From contig JAWKRD010000035.1 in the NCBI GenBank assembly GCA_041389805.1, positions 18,389 through 82,388 of the forward strand: a stretch of DNA of 64,000 nucleotides, read 5' to 3'. Origin of the DNA: Polyangiaceae bacterium (GTDB lineage: Bacteria > Myxococcota_A > Polyangia > Polyangiales > Polyangiaceae). Both the position numbers and the translations under genes were made by a program. The notes under the pieces were generated by a model, which had not been told where the DNA came from, did not search any database, and worked only from the letters and a program-made list of their open reading frames with translations. Shown here piece after piece: positions 54,801 to 63,671 of this stretch; the stretch's first letter is position 1; the number at the start of each line of letters is the position of its first letter.

Positions 54801-57800
54801 ATGACCGAGTTGCAACCCATTCGACGTTTGGCAATCGTGAACCGCGGTGAGGCCGCGATGCGCTGCATTCGCGCAGTCAAGACGCTGCGCGCCCTCGAGA
54901 ACTCCGAGATCGAAGTGCTCGCGCTGTACACCGCCGTCGATCGCAACGCGCCCTTCGTGCGTCATGCCGACATCGCGGTGATGTTGCCTACACCCGGCAC
55001 GGCAGTGCAGTCGTACCTGAACCACGATCTGTTGCTACGCACACTGGAGCGCCACGGAGTGGACGCGGTTTGGCCCGGTTGGGGCTTCGTCGCCGAAGAC
55101 CCGGTGTTCGTCGATCGCCTGGACGCCGCGAAGATCCGCTTCCTCGGGCCGACCAGCGCCACCATGCGTGCGCTGGGAGACAAGATCGCCTCCAAGGAGC
55201 TGGCCGAGAAGAGCGAGGTGCCGGTCACCAAGTGGAGCAACGGTGTGGTCGCGAGCGTCGAAGAGGCGCGTCGCCATGCGGAAAATATTGGCTACCCGTT
55301 GGTGATCAAGGCCTCCGCGGGCGGCGGTGGTCGCGGTATCCGTGTGGTGCGCGAACCTGGGCAGCTCGAGGCTGCGTTCCGTTCGGCGGCCTCCGAGGCC
55401 CAGGCGGCGTTCGGCGACGGGCGGCTCTTCATGGAGGCCATGGTCCAGGGTGGGCGTCACATCGAGGTACAGATCGTCGCGGACAAGCACGGCAACGTGA
55501 TCGCCTTGGGCTGCCGCGACTGCTCCGTGCAGCGCCGTCACCAGAAGGTAATCGAAGAGGCGCCTCCCGCGCATTTGCCGCCGCTCCTGATCAAAGCCGT
55601 GAAGGACTCGGCGGTGGAGCTGGCGCAGAGCGTGGGCTACTCGGGCGTGGGCACCGTCGAGTTCTTGGTGCGCGACGCGGAATATTTCTTCCTGGAAATG
55701 AACCCGCGCCTCCAGGTCGAGCACGGGATCACCGAGGAGCTGACGGGTACGGAGCTCGTGCAAACGCAGATCCGCATCGCGCGGGGCGAGCGCCTGCCAG
55801 AACTCGACTATCGCGAGCGCGGCTTCGCGATCGAAGCGCGCGTGTGTGCGGAGGACCCCGACGCGGGCTTCCTCCCTGCGCCTGGGCGCGTGGTGCGCTT
55901 CGACCCGGCGCTGGGGCCGCGGCTGCGCATCGACACGGGCGTGGCCTCTGGCAGTGAAGTGCCTGCAGACTTCGACTCCCTGATCGCAAAGGTCATCGCC
56001 TACGGCGACACCCGCGAAGAGGCGCGCGCCCGCCTGGCGTGTGCCCTGCGCGACTTCGATCTCGTGATTGAGGGCGGCGCAACCAACAAGGGCTACCTGC
56101 TCGAGCTGCTCGAGGCTGAGGACTACAAGGCCGGCGGCGTCGACACGCTGTGGCTCGATCGCTGGAACGCCGAGCGCAAGCACACCGATGACCTGGCGAG
56201 CGAAGGCTTGATCCTCGCGGCGCTGCTCTCCTACCAGGTGCAGCGCGAAGTCAAGCGGCTCAACTTCTATGCCGACGCCGCGAACATCACACCAGAGAAG
56301 ATCCCGCCGTCACTCGGCCAGGAGATCGACCTGACGTATCTGGGTAAGCCCTACCGCGTGCGCGTGTTCGCTTCCGGCTCCTGGCAGTACCGCGTGCACC
56401 TGGAAGATCGCGTCGTGGCGGCTCGCATCAACGCCTCCAGCGAGAACGCGGCGCGCCTGGTGATCGGCGACCGCGACCTGCGCGTGCTGTACGACATCAC
56501 CGACACGAACATCCGTGTGGAAATTGAAGGCCGCGTGCACAGCTTCGGTCGCCAGACAGCGGGCCAGGTGTGCGCCAGCGCGCCCTCCATGGTCGTCGCG
56601 CTGCACGTGAGCCTTGGTCAGCGCGTCGAGGCTGGACAACAGCTCGGCCTGGTCGAGGCGATGAAGATGGAGATCGGCTTCGACTCCCCGGTCGCGGGCA
56701 CCGTGAAGGAGATCCGCGCGCGCAAGGGCCAGCAAGTCGCCGCCGGCGATGTCATTCTCGTGATTGACCCCGCGAGCGAGGAAGGCGACGCCGCCGCGAG
56801 TACGCGGCTGGCGCTACCGGTCGTCGAAGACTCCTTGGCGCTGCTCTTCAGCAAAGACGAGCAAGGCAAGCTGGCGGAGCCGAACCTGGCGCGCGCGGCG
56901 GCAGCCCCGGCAGCCGTGTGGCGCCGAGCGATGGACGCGGTCGACGAAGAAGTGCTGCGCATCATGCTCGGTTACGACGCCTTCGATGAGCGCGTGGAGC
57001 GCCTGATTGGTTTCCTCGAGGCACCAATTCCCGACACGATGCCGCCCACCTACCTGAAGCAGCTCGCGGAGGTGAAGCGCCAGCTCGGGGTCTTTGCCGA
57101 CATCGAGCGCATCTTCACCCGTCGTCGCGCGGCGGATGACGCCGGCTCCGTTGGAGCATCCAACAACGCGCGCATGCGTCTCTACGTGCGGCGCCTGCGC
57201 GCCGGTGGCGCCGAGCTGCCCACGGAGTTCCTGGACAACCTGAAGCGTGCACTCGGGCACTACGGCGTTGACTCCCTCGACTACAGCGTGCCCCTCGAGC
57301 GCGCGGTGCTGCGGCTGTTCGCCTCTCAGGGCAATCCTGAGCTGCGCTTCCGCTTGGTGCGCGCGTTGCTCAAGCGCGTGATGCAGCTGGTTGACGCTGG
57401 CTTCGAGCTCGACCGTGACGCGGATCTGCGCCTCGCGCTCTCGAGCATGGCGCAGATGCGCGGTCAGATCCCCGACGACGTCGCGGATGCCGCGATCGAC
57501 GCCGCGTACACCATCTTCGAGCGCCCCGAGCTCAGCCGTCAGGCGGAGCGGACCTCGCGGGGCGTCGAGCAGTGGCTCGAGCGCAGCAACGAAGCGATCG
57601 ACGACTCGGTGCTCGCGGATTTGGCGCTAGCTCCATCCGGGGTGTTCCGTCAGGTCAAGCAGTGGCTGCGCGACGCGCCGATGCGGCAGCGAGGGATCGC
57701 CCTCTCTGCCTGCATTCGCCGCAACTACGCCCCGAAGCAGCCCAGCTCTCAGAGGAGCAAGCGCGTGAGCCTGGGCAACGTCGAAGTTCCCGTTACTCGT

Positions 57801-60416
57801 CTCGAGTTCGCTGGGTCCCGTGACTGGCGGCGCTTGGCGGAGGCCGAGCGTCGCGTGGTCATCGCCGGCCTGAGCGACCTGGAGGGCGCCGTCGCAGCCT
57901 TCGAGGCCCTGATCCGCGAGGCAACGGAGCCGGTGTTTGCGCTCGAGCTGGTGGTGACGATTGAAGACGAAGGCGAAGTCATCCCGCTCATCGAGCGCCT
58001 CACGGCGCGCGCCGCAGACGGCGTACCCGCGGAGCGCTTCACGATCTCCGTGCTGAACCCCGAGCTTCGCACCTGTCACTACTCGTTCTCCGGCAGCGAT
58101 ACTCAGGCGCTCGACCTCCACCTCTTGCATCCTGAGGCTGCGGAGCGCGTCGACTTCGAGCGCTACAAGAGCTTCGAGCTCGAGCGGCTGGTGTCGCCCG
58201 AGGGGATCTACTGTTTCCACGGCAAGAGCCGTGAGGTGCCCGAAGACGAGCGCATCTTCGTGCTGGTCGATGTGCGGGGTCGCCCGCCAGAGGATGGCCC
58301 CGCGGCGATTCACTACGTACCGATCGTCGAGCGCGCCTTCCACGAGGCGGCGCGGACGCTGCGCCACATCTTGCTCGAGCGCGACTCACGCCGTCGGCTG
58401 CAGTGGAACCGCATCACGCTGTTCCTGGCGCACGAGGTGGTGCTCGACGCGAACACGGCGGGCTGGCTGTCCCGCAAGTTGCACCCCGCCACCCGTCACC
58501 TCGGGCTCGAGCGCGTCGCGGTGCGCCTGAAGATCCTCGACCCCACGGCGCCTTCAGAATCGGCGCGCCGCCGCGAGATGTTGATCAGTGACATCACCGG
58601 GAGCTCCATGGAGATCCTGTGGCGCGAGCCTCACACCGAGCCCCTCGTGCCGGTTCAGGCATACGAGCGCGCGGTCGTGGCGGCGAAGCGTCGCGGGCTC
58701 GTGTATCCGTACGAAATCATCCGCATGCTCGCGCCGGATGGTGGCCCTCGCTCCGTGCGCGCCACGGAGCGCGCTCTGCCGTCTGGGACGTTCGAGGAGT
58801 ACGACCTCGATCCCCAGAGCAAGGCACCGAAGGCGGTGAGCGTCGACAGCAGGCCCTACGGGCAGAACCAGGCTGGCGTCGTGTTCGGCGTGATCTCCAC
58901 ACCGACCAAGAAGGTGCCCGAAGGCATGAAGCGGGTGCTGGTGCTCTCGGATCCGACGCGCGACATGGGTGCGCTCTCCGGTCCCGAGTGCGATCGCGTG
59001 ATCGCTGCGCTCGACCTAGCTCAGCAGCTCCAGGTGCCCCTCGAGTGGATCCCGGTCTCCAGCGGCGCCAAGATCGCCATGGACTCTGGGACCGAGAACC
59101 TCGACGCCACGGCGCGCGTCGTGCGCCGCATCGTGACGTTCACTCAGGCGGGCGGCGTGATTCACATCATCGTCGCGGGCGTCAACGTGGGCGCCCAGAG
59201 CTACTGGGATGCGCTCTCCACGATGCTGCTCCACACCCGCGGCGTGCTGATCATGACTCCGCGCTCTTCGATGGTGCTGACGGGGCGCGCAGCGCTGGCT
59301 GCGTCAGGCTCCGTTTCTGCCGAGGACGAGGTCGCCATCGGTGGGCACGAGCGCATCATGGGACCCAACGGTCAGGGCCAGTACTTCGCGTCCGATCTCA
59401 AGGAGGCCTTCCGCATCTTGTACGAGCACTACTCCTACACCTACGTGGTGCCTGGAGAGCAACGGCCCCGTGAGCTGGACACGACGGATCCCGCCGACCG
59501 TCGCGTGACCGAGGCGCCCTACCAGAAGAGCTCTGACGCTGAGACCTTCGAGCGCGTCGGAGAGATCTTCGACGACGCGACCAACCCTGGGCGCAAGAAG
59601 CCGTTCTCGATGCGCGCGTTGATGAGCGCGGTCATCGATCAAGACGGTGGCTTCCTCGAGCGCTGGAAGAATCAGGTCGGCGCGGAGACGGCAATCGTCT
59701 GGGACGCGCACCTCGGCGGTCAGCCGGTTTGCTTGATCGGCATCGAGAGCCAGAACGTGCCACGCTACGGCTACCGTCCCTTGGACGGACCCGCGGAGTG
59801 GAACGGCGGCACGCTGTTCCCGCAGTCTTCGCGCAAGGTGTCCCGCGCCCTCAACAGCGCGAGCGGTAACCGCCCTGTCGTGATCCTGGCGAACCTCAGC
59901 GGCTTCGATGGCTCGCCTGAATCCATGCGGAAATTCCAGCTGGAGTACGGCGCAGAGATCGCCCGCGCGGTGGTGAACTTCAAGGGCCCGATCCTGTTCT
60001 TGGTGGTGTCTCGCTACCATGGTGGTGCCTACGTGGTGTTCAGCCGTGAGCTGAACCCCAGCCTGCGCGCCCTTGCCCTCGAAGGCAGCTACGCCTCCGT
60101 GATTGGTGGCGGCCCTGCGGCGAAGGTCGTGTTCGGTCGCGAGGTGCGTGGTCGCGTGCAGGCGGACCCCCGCGTGAAGCAGGCGCTCGAACAGCTGCGT
60201 GAGGAGCGCAGCCCCGTGGCTCGTGAGCGCCTCGGACGCGTGAGCCAGGACGTGCTGCTCGAGAAGCAAGCGGAGGTCGCGCAGGAGTTCGACGCCGTTC
60301 ACAGCGTCGAGCGCGCGCTGAAGGTCGGTTCCCTGGAGCGCATCCTGCCGGCGGTGGATATGCGTCAGTTCCTGATCAACTCGCTTTGCGAGGCGCTAGG
60401 CCGCGCCGCGGAGTAG
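54801..60416 (+). CDS. Single-chain multidomain biotin-dependent carboxylase (biotin carboxylase, BCCP, long linker, carboxyltransferase)
   Basis: ATP-grasp biotin carboxylase N-terminus (RLAIVNRGEAAMRCIRA..., EMNPRLQVEHGITE). Biotinylation motif EAMKME at about residue 620. Carboxyltransferase region in the last ~550 aa. Confidence 0.9.
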   Translation: MTELQPIRRLAIVNRGEAAMRCIRAVKTLRALENSEIEVLALYTAVDRNAPFVRHADIAVMLPTPGTAVQSYLNHDLLLRTLERHGVDAVWPGWGFVAEDPVFVDRLDAAKIRFLGPTSATMRALGDKIASKELAEKSEVPVTKWSNGVVASVEEARRHAENIGYPLVIKASAGGGGRGIRVVREPGQLEAAFRSAASEAQAAFGDGRLFMEAMVQGGRHIEVQIVADKHGNVIALGCRDCSVQRRHQKVIEEAPPAHLPPLLIKAVKDSAVELAQSVGYSGVGTVEFLVRDAEYFFLEMNPRLQVEHGITEELTGTELVQTQIRIARGERLPELDYRERGFAIEARVCAEDPDAGFLPAPGRVVRFDPALGPRLRIDTGVASGSEVPADFDSLIAKVIAYGDTREEARARLACALRDFDLVIEGGATNKGYLLELLEAEDYKAGGVDTLWLDRWNAERKHTDDLASEGLILAALLSYQVQREVKRLNFYADAANITPEKIPPSLGQEIDLTYLGKPYRVRVFASGSWQYRVHLEDRVVAARINASSENAARLVIGDRDLRVLYDITDTNIRVEIEGRVHSFGRQTAGQVCASAPSMVVALHVSLGQRVEAGQQLGLVEAMKMEIGFDSPVAGTVKEIRARKGQQVAAGDVILVIDPASEEGDAAASTRLALPVVEDSLALLFSKDEQGKLAEPNLARAAAAPAAVWRRAMDAVDEEVLRIMLGYDAFDERVERLIGFLEAPIPDTMPPTYLKQLAEVKRQLGVFADIERIFTRRRAADDAGSVGASNNARMRLYVRRLRAGGAELPTEFLDNLKRALGHYGVDSLDYSVPLERAVLRLFASQGNPELRFRLVRALLKRVMQLVDAGFELDRDADLRLALSSMAQMRGQIPDDVADAAIDAAYTIFERPELSRQAERTSRGVEQWLERSNEAIDDSVLADLALAPSGVFRQVKQWLRDAPMRQRGIALSACIRRNYAPKQPSSQRSKRVSLGNVEVPVTRLEFAGSRDWRRLAEAERRVVIAGLSDLEGAVAAFEALIREATEPVFALELVVTIEDEGEVIPLIERLTARAADGVPAERFTISVLNPELRTCHYSFSGSDTQALDLHLLHPEAAERVDFERYKSFELERLVSPEGIYCFHGKSREVPEDERIFVLVDVRGRPPEDGPAAIHYVPIVERAFHEAARTLRHILLERDSRRRLQWNRITLFLAHEVVLDANTAGWLSRKLHPATRHLGLERVAVRLKILDPTAPSESARRREMLISDITGSSMEILWREPHTEPLVPVQAYERAVVAAKRRGLVYPYEIIRMLAPDGGPRSVRATERALPSGTFEEYDLDPQSKAPKAVSVDSRPYGQNQAGVVFGVISTPTKKVPEGMKRVLVLSDPTRDMGALSGPECDRVIAALDLAQQLQVPLEWIPVSSGAKIAMDSGTENLDATARVVRRIVTFTQAGGVIHIIVAGVNVGAQSYWDALSTMLLHTRGVLIMTPRSSMVLTGRAALAASGSVSAEDEVAIGGHERIMGPNGQGQYFASDLKEAFRILYEHYSYTYVVPGEQRPRELDTTDPADRRVTEAPYQKSSDAETFERVGEIFDDATNPGRKKPFSMRALMSAVIDQDGGFLERWKNQVGAETAIVWDAHLGGQPVCLIGIESQNVPRYGYRPLDGPAEWNGGTLFPQSSRKVSRALNSASGNRPVVILANLSGFDGSPESMRKFQLEYGAEIARAVVNFKGPILFLVVSRYHGGAYVVFSRELNPSLRALALEGSYASVIGGGPAAKVVFGREVRGRVQADPRVKQALEQLREERSPVARERLGRVSQDVLLEKQAEVAQEFDAVHSVERALKVGSLERILPAVDMRQFLINSLCEALGRAAE

Positions 60417-60571
60417 AGCCTGAGGGCACGGATTTGAGAGGTGGGCGCCCGGTCTGGGGACTGGTGCGCCTCACCCCCGAACCCTCTGCACAGAAAAAAA
60501 GTCGCCGAGACAAAACCTTCGGGCGATCCTCGGACATCTATCGAGCGAACCCTTGAAGAGGAGTGCTTTCG

Positions 60572-61288
60572 ATGATGAACCTTGGCTTTGGATCGACGTG
60601 GCGGTTGCTGGGTGCGATCGCATGTGGCGCGTTCTTGATGTTCGGCGGTGCAGCTTGCTCCGACGATGGTCACGACCTCGGCGGCGGTAGCGGCGGCGCT
60701 GCTGGCAATGGCGGCGCTGCTGGCAATGGCGGCGCTGCTGGCAATGGCGGCGCTGCTGGCAATGGCGGCGCTGCTGGCAATGGCGGCGCTGCTGGCAATG
60801 GCGGAACCGCAGGTAACGGTGGCAGCGGCGGCGGGACCACGGCGTGCGAGCAAGCTGGTGGCACCGTCCTGGAGTCGCAGTGCTGCAGCGGAACTGCGGA
60901 CTTCCCGAACCTGTGCTCGGTCGGTGCGTGTGGCTGCGCACCTCAAGACAGCACGCTCACCAAGATCTGTGACTGCCCTGGGAACACGTGCTGGGACGGC
61001 ACGAAGTGCGCCGACGCGGGCTTTGGTGGCGCTGGCGGTGGTGGCGGAGCTGGAGGCAGTGGTGGCTCCGGCGGCAGTGGTGGCTCTGGCGGTGGCGCGG
61101 CGAGTGGTTGCGTCAACTCGGGAGGTGTCGTGAGCACCAGCCTGTGCTGCGCTGCTGGCAGCGACTTTCCCGACACGTGTTCGACGGGCGCCTGCGGCTG
61201 TTCGCCGGACAACAGCAAAGACACGCAAGTCTGCGACTGTCCTCAAGGCACCTGCTTCAACGGGGCGGAGTGCGTCGCCGCGAACTGA
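60572..61288 (+). CDS. Lipoprotein with a (GGAAGN)6-7 repeat and two copies of a 10-Cys module
   Basis: ATG at 60572, 9 nt after a GAGGAG ribosome-binding site. Lipobox FGGAAC. The two Cys modules align to each other (see findings). Confidence 0.7.
   Translation: MMNLGFGSTWRLLGAIACGAFLMFGGAACSDDGHDLGGGSGGAAGNGGAAGNGGAAGNGGAAGNGGAAGNGGAAGNGGTAGNGGSGGGTTACEQAGGTVLESQCCSGTADFPNLCSVGACGCAPQDSTLTKICDCPGNTCWDGTKCADAGFGGAGGGGGAGGSGGSGGSGGSGGGAASGCVNSGGVVSTSLCCAAGSDFPDTCSTGACGCSPDNSKDTQVCDCPQGTCFNGAECVAAN
60692..60817 (+). repeat. 18-bp coding tandem repeat: six identical copies plus one diverged copy
   Basis: GGCGGCGCTGCTGGCAAT occurs six times (60692-60799), followed by GGCGGAACCGCAGGTAAC. Confidence 0.95.
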
Positions 61289-61295
61289 CACCGTA

Positions 61296-62345
61296 GTGAC
61301 CCTGAACCGCGCCTTGATCCGTGTGGCAATGGCCTCCTTGGGGTGGCTATGCGGTTTTGCGGGAGTTCAGGGGGTGGGGGAGGTGAGCGCCGAGCCCATC
61401 CAGCAGTTCAGCGTGCAGTACGTGAGCGCTCCTGGGTGTCCGACCGAGGAGCGCTTCGTCGCGGGCGTGGAGGGGCGCACGGCCCTTGCGCGCCACGTCC
61501 CGGATGCGCACGGCGTACGGGTCAGACTTCAGATTGAGGACCGGGGCAGCGGGGCCGAGCCGTTCATCGCGCGCCTGAGCATCACGGGAGACGTCGAGGC
61601 GCCGCAGAGAAGTATTTCCGCGGGGAGTTGCGATGAGCTCGTGAACGCCGCCGCGCTGATCGTCGCGCTGGCGCTGGATCCTGGTGCCAGCGCAGAGCCG
61701 CGGCAGGCGCGGTTGCCCCCCGCAGCTCCGCCAGCGCCGCCTCCGACTGTCACGCCGCCGCGCGACGCTCCTGGCCCGTCTGTGGAACGACGCGATCCCG
61801 ACGAGCCGACGCTGGGTGTGTTTGCTGGCGCCGGCCTCACAGGCGGCGTCGGTGGTAGCGTGGCGGCGCTGTGGTCCCTCGGAGTTGCTGTGCGCGCCAG
61901 CCTGACGCCAGACTGGCAGGCTGGGGTTTCATTGCGTGGGATGTATGCGCGCGGAAGCGCGAGCGCCGCGCTCGGGAGCGCCAGCCTCACGCTGCTCGGA
62001 GCCCGTGTCGGCCTCAGCCCGTACGTGGCGGCGACCGACCAGTGGTTGCTCGAACCGAGCATCAGCTTCGACTTCGGAAGCCTTGAGGCGGAGGGGCGAG
62101 GTGTTCCGAACGCCGCAACCGACAGCGCGCCGTGGCTCGGTCCAGGTGTGGAGCTCTTGGTGGAGCGGCGATTCGCAGAGGTGCTCGGAGGCGCGCTTGC
62201 CGTGGGTGTACGCGGCGGCGCAACCTGGAGCCTCGCGCGGGACTACTTCTACTTCCGTGAGGATATAGATGGCGAGGAGGCGCGCATCTTCGAGCAGCCC
62301 GGTGTGGTCGGCCATGGCGGTCTGGCTCTGGAGCTCGCATGGTGA
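61296..62345 (+). CDS. Secreted protein with a C-terminal beta-barrel-like half
   Basis: GTG start, signal-like N-terminus and a Pro-rich linker. The C-terminal half has alternating patterns and ends in LALELAW. Its stop overlaps the ECF sigma start. Confidence 0.45.
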   Translation: MTLNRALIRVAMASLGWLCGFAGVQGVGEVSAEPIQQFSVQYVSAPGCPTEERFVAGVEGRTALARHVPDAHGVRVRLQIEDRGSGAEPFIARLSITGDVEAPQRSISAGSCDELVNAAALIVALALDPGASAEPRQARLPPAAPPAPPPTVTPPRDAPGPSVERRDPDEPTLGVFAGAGLTGGVGGSVAALWSLGVAVRASLTPDWQAGVSLRGMYARGSASAALGSASLTLLGARVGLSPYVAATDQWLLEPSISFDFGSLEAEGRGVPNAATDSAPWLGPGVELLVERRFAEVLGGALAVGVRGGATWSLARDYFYFREDIDGEEARIFEQPGVVGHGGLALELAW

Positions 62346-62887
62346 GCGAACTCAGCACGGCGCAGCCACAAGTCGACGACGCGCGCCTGCAGCAGCTGTT
62401 CACCGAGCACTACGCTTGGGTGTGGCGAACCGTGCGGCGCCTCGGCGTGCTGGAGAGCGCGGTGGATGACGTGGTTCAGCAGGTCTACATCACGGTGAAT
62501 CGTCAGCTGGACAGGATTCGGCCGGGCGCGGAGCGGGCATACCTGTTTGGCGTTGCTCAGCGCTTGGCAGCGAACGCTCGCCGTGGTGCGCGGCGCAACC
62601 GCGATACGGCGAGCGACGAGCTGGACCTCGAACCAGCCTCAGGCCGCAACCCTGAGCAGCTGGTGGATTTGAAGGAGCGGCGGCAACAGCTGGACCGTTG
62701 GCTAGACGAGCTGGACGACGACCTGCGCGCGCCGTTCGTCTGCTTCGAACTCGAGGGGCTCAGCCTGATGGAGATCGCCGAACTATTGGACCTGCCGCTC
62801 GGCACCGTGAAGACGCGCCTGCGGCGGGCTCGGGAGCGTTTCCTCGAGGTAGCACAGAGCAAGCAAGAGGAGGCGACTCATGGATGA
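62339..62887 (+). CDS. ECF-type RNA polymerase sigma factor
   Basis: Region 2 (VDDVVQQVYITV) and region 4 (LSLMEIAELLDLPLGTVKTRLRRARERF) are present. Confidence 0.85.
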   Translation: MVSELSTAQPQVDDARLQQLFTEHYAWVWRTVRRLGVLESAVDDVVQQVYITVNRQLDRIRPGAERAYLFGVAQRLAANARRGARRNRDTASDELDLEPASGRNPEQLVDLKERRQQLDRWLDELDDDLRAPFVCFELEGLSLMEIAELLDLPLGTVKTRLRRARERFLEVAQSKQEEATHG

Positions 62888-63671
62888 TGAGCTACGGCCG
62901 CTCCTGGCGGGGGACCTGGCACCGGAGCTACGAAGCGCGCTGGAGTCTGGGCTGGAGGATGGTCCCAGCCTCGAGAGCATGCAGGCGGCTGCACTGGCCC
63001 TCGGGTTGTCCGCTGGCGCCACGAAGGCTGCAGCTGCAGGCGCGGCTGGTCAGGGGCTCTTGAAGGGTGCTTCGTCTTCCTGGCTGCTCAAGTGGTTTGG
63101 CATCGGGCTCCTGGTCGGTGGTGTTTCGAGCTCCGGGGTGGCACTGGTGAAGAGCCAGGCTGCGGCGCCCACGGAGCCCAGCGCGTCCGCGGTGGAGGCT
63201 AATTCGCCACCTCCGACTCACGCCGTGTTTCAGCCTGCCGCGCCTGAATCCCCGAGGAACGAACCAGCCGCTCCGACCCTGGACGATGCGGAGCCGGCTC
63301 GTCGTAGTGCGGCGCGTGGTGACCTCGAAAGAACCTCGGAAGCACCTGAGTCAGCCGACTCCGCTCCCAGCGCGGCGAGCTTTCCCAGCACCATCCGCCA
63401 GGCCGACTTGCGAGCTGAGGTTCAGCTGATCGACGCCGCGCGGCGGTCGCTCAATTCGGGCAATGCTCAGGGCGCGCTGCTCGAGCTCGGGCGGTATGAT
63501 GCGTTGGTTGGTCCAAAGCGTCTCGCGCCCGAAGCGCTGGTGCTTCGAGTCCGCGCCTTGAGTCAAATTGGGCGAACTCAAGAGGCGCGCGCGCTGGCTG
63601 AGCCGGTCATTGCAAACCAGCCCGACAGCGCCCAGGCGAGGCAACTGCGAAGAGCGCTGGGTCCAGACTAG
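62880..63671 (+). CDS. Putative anti-sigma factor (single transmembrane segment, helical C-terminal domain)
   Basis: The start overlaps the sigma gene stop. Transmembrane segment WLLKWFGIGLLVGGV. The position and topology are typical, but no sequence family was recognised. Confidence 0.5.
   Translation: MDDELRPLLAGDLAPELRSALESGLEDGPSLESMQAAALALGLSAGATKAAAAGAAGQGLLKGASSSWLLKWFGIGLLVGGVSSSGVALVKSQAAAPTEPSASAVEANSPPPTHAVFQPAAPESPRNEPAAPTLDDAEPARRSAARGDLERTSEAPESADSAPSAASFPSTIRQADLRAEVQLIDAARRSLNSGNAQGALLELGRYDALVGPKRLAPEALVLRVRALSQIGRTQEARALAEPVIANQPDSAQARQLRRALGPD

Noticed and set aside
476-60484. Telomere-like (T3-4G4-7) or G-quadruplex interpretation of the G-rich motif.
   Set aside because: Each site has a single G-run rather than the four needed for an intramolecular quadruplex. 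There is no tandem repetition, and the replicon context is ordinary chromosomal genes.
60670-60864. A minus-strand ORF encoding (PPLPAA)n.
   Set aside because: It is simply the antisense reading of the (GGAAGN)n coding repeat in the lipoprotein gene.
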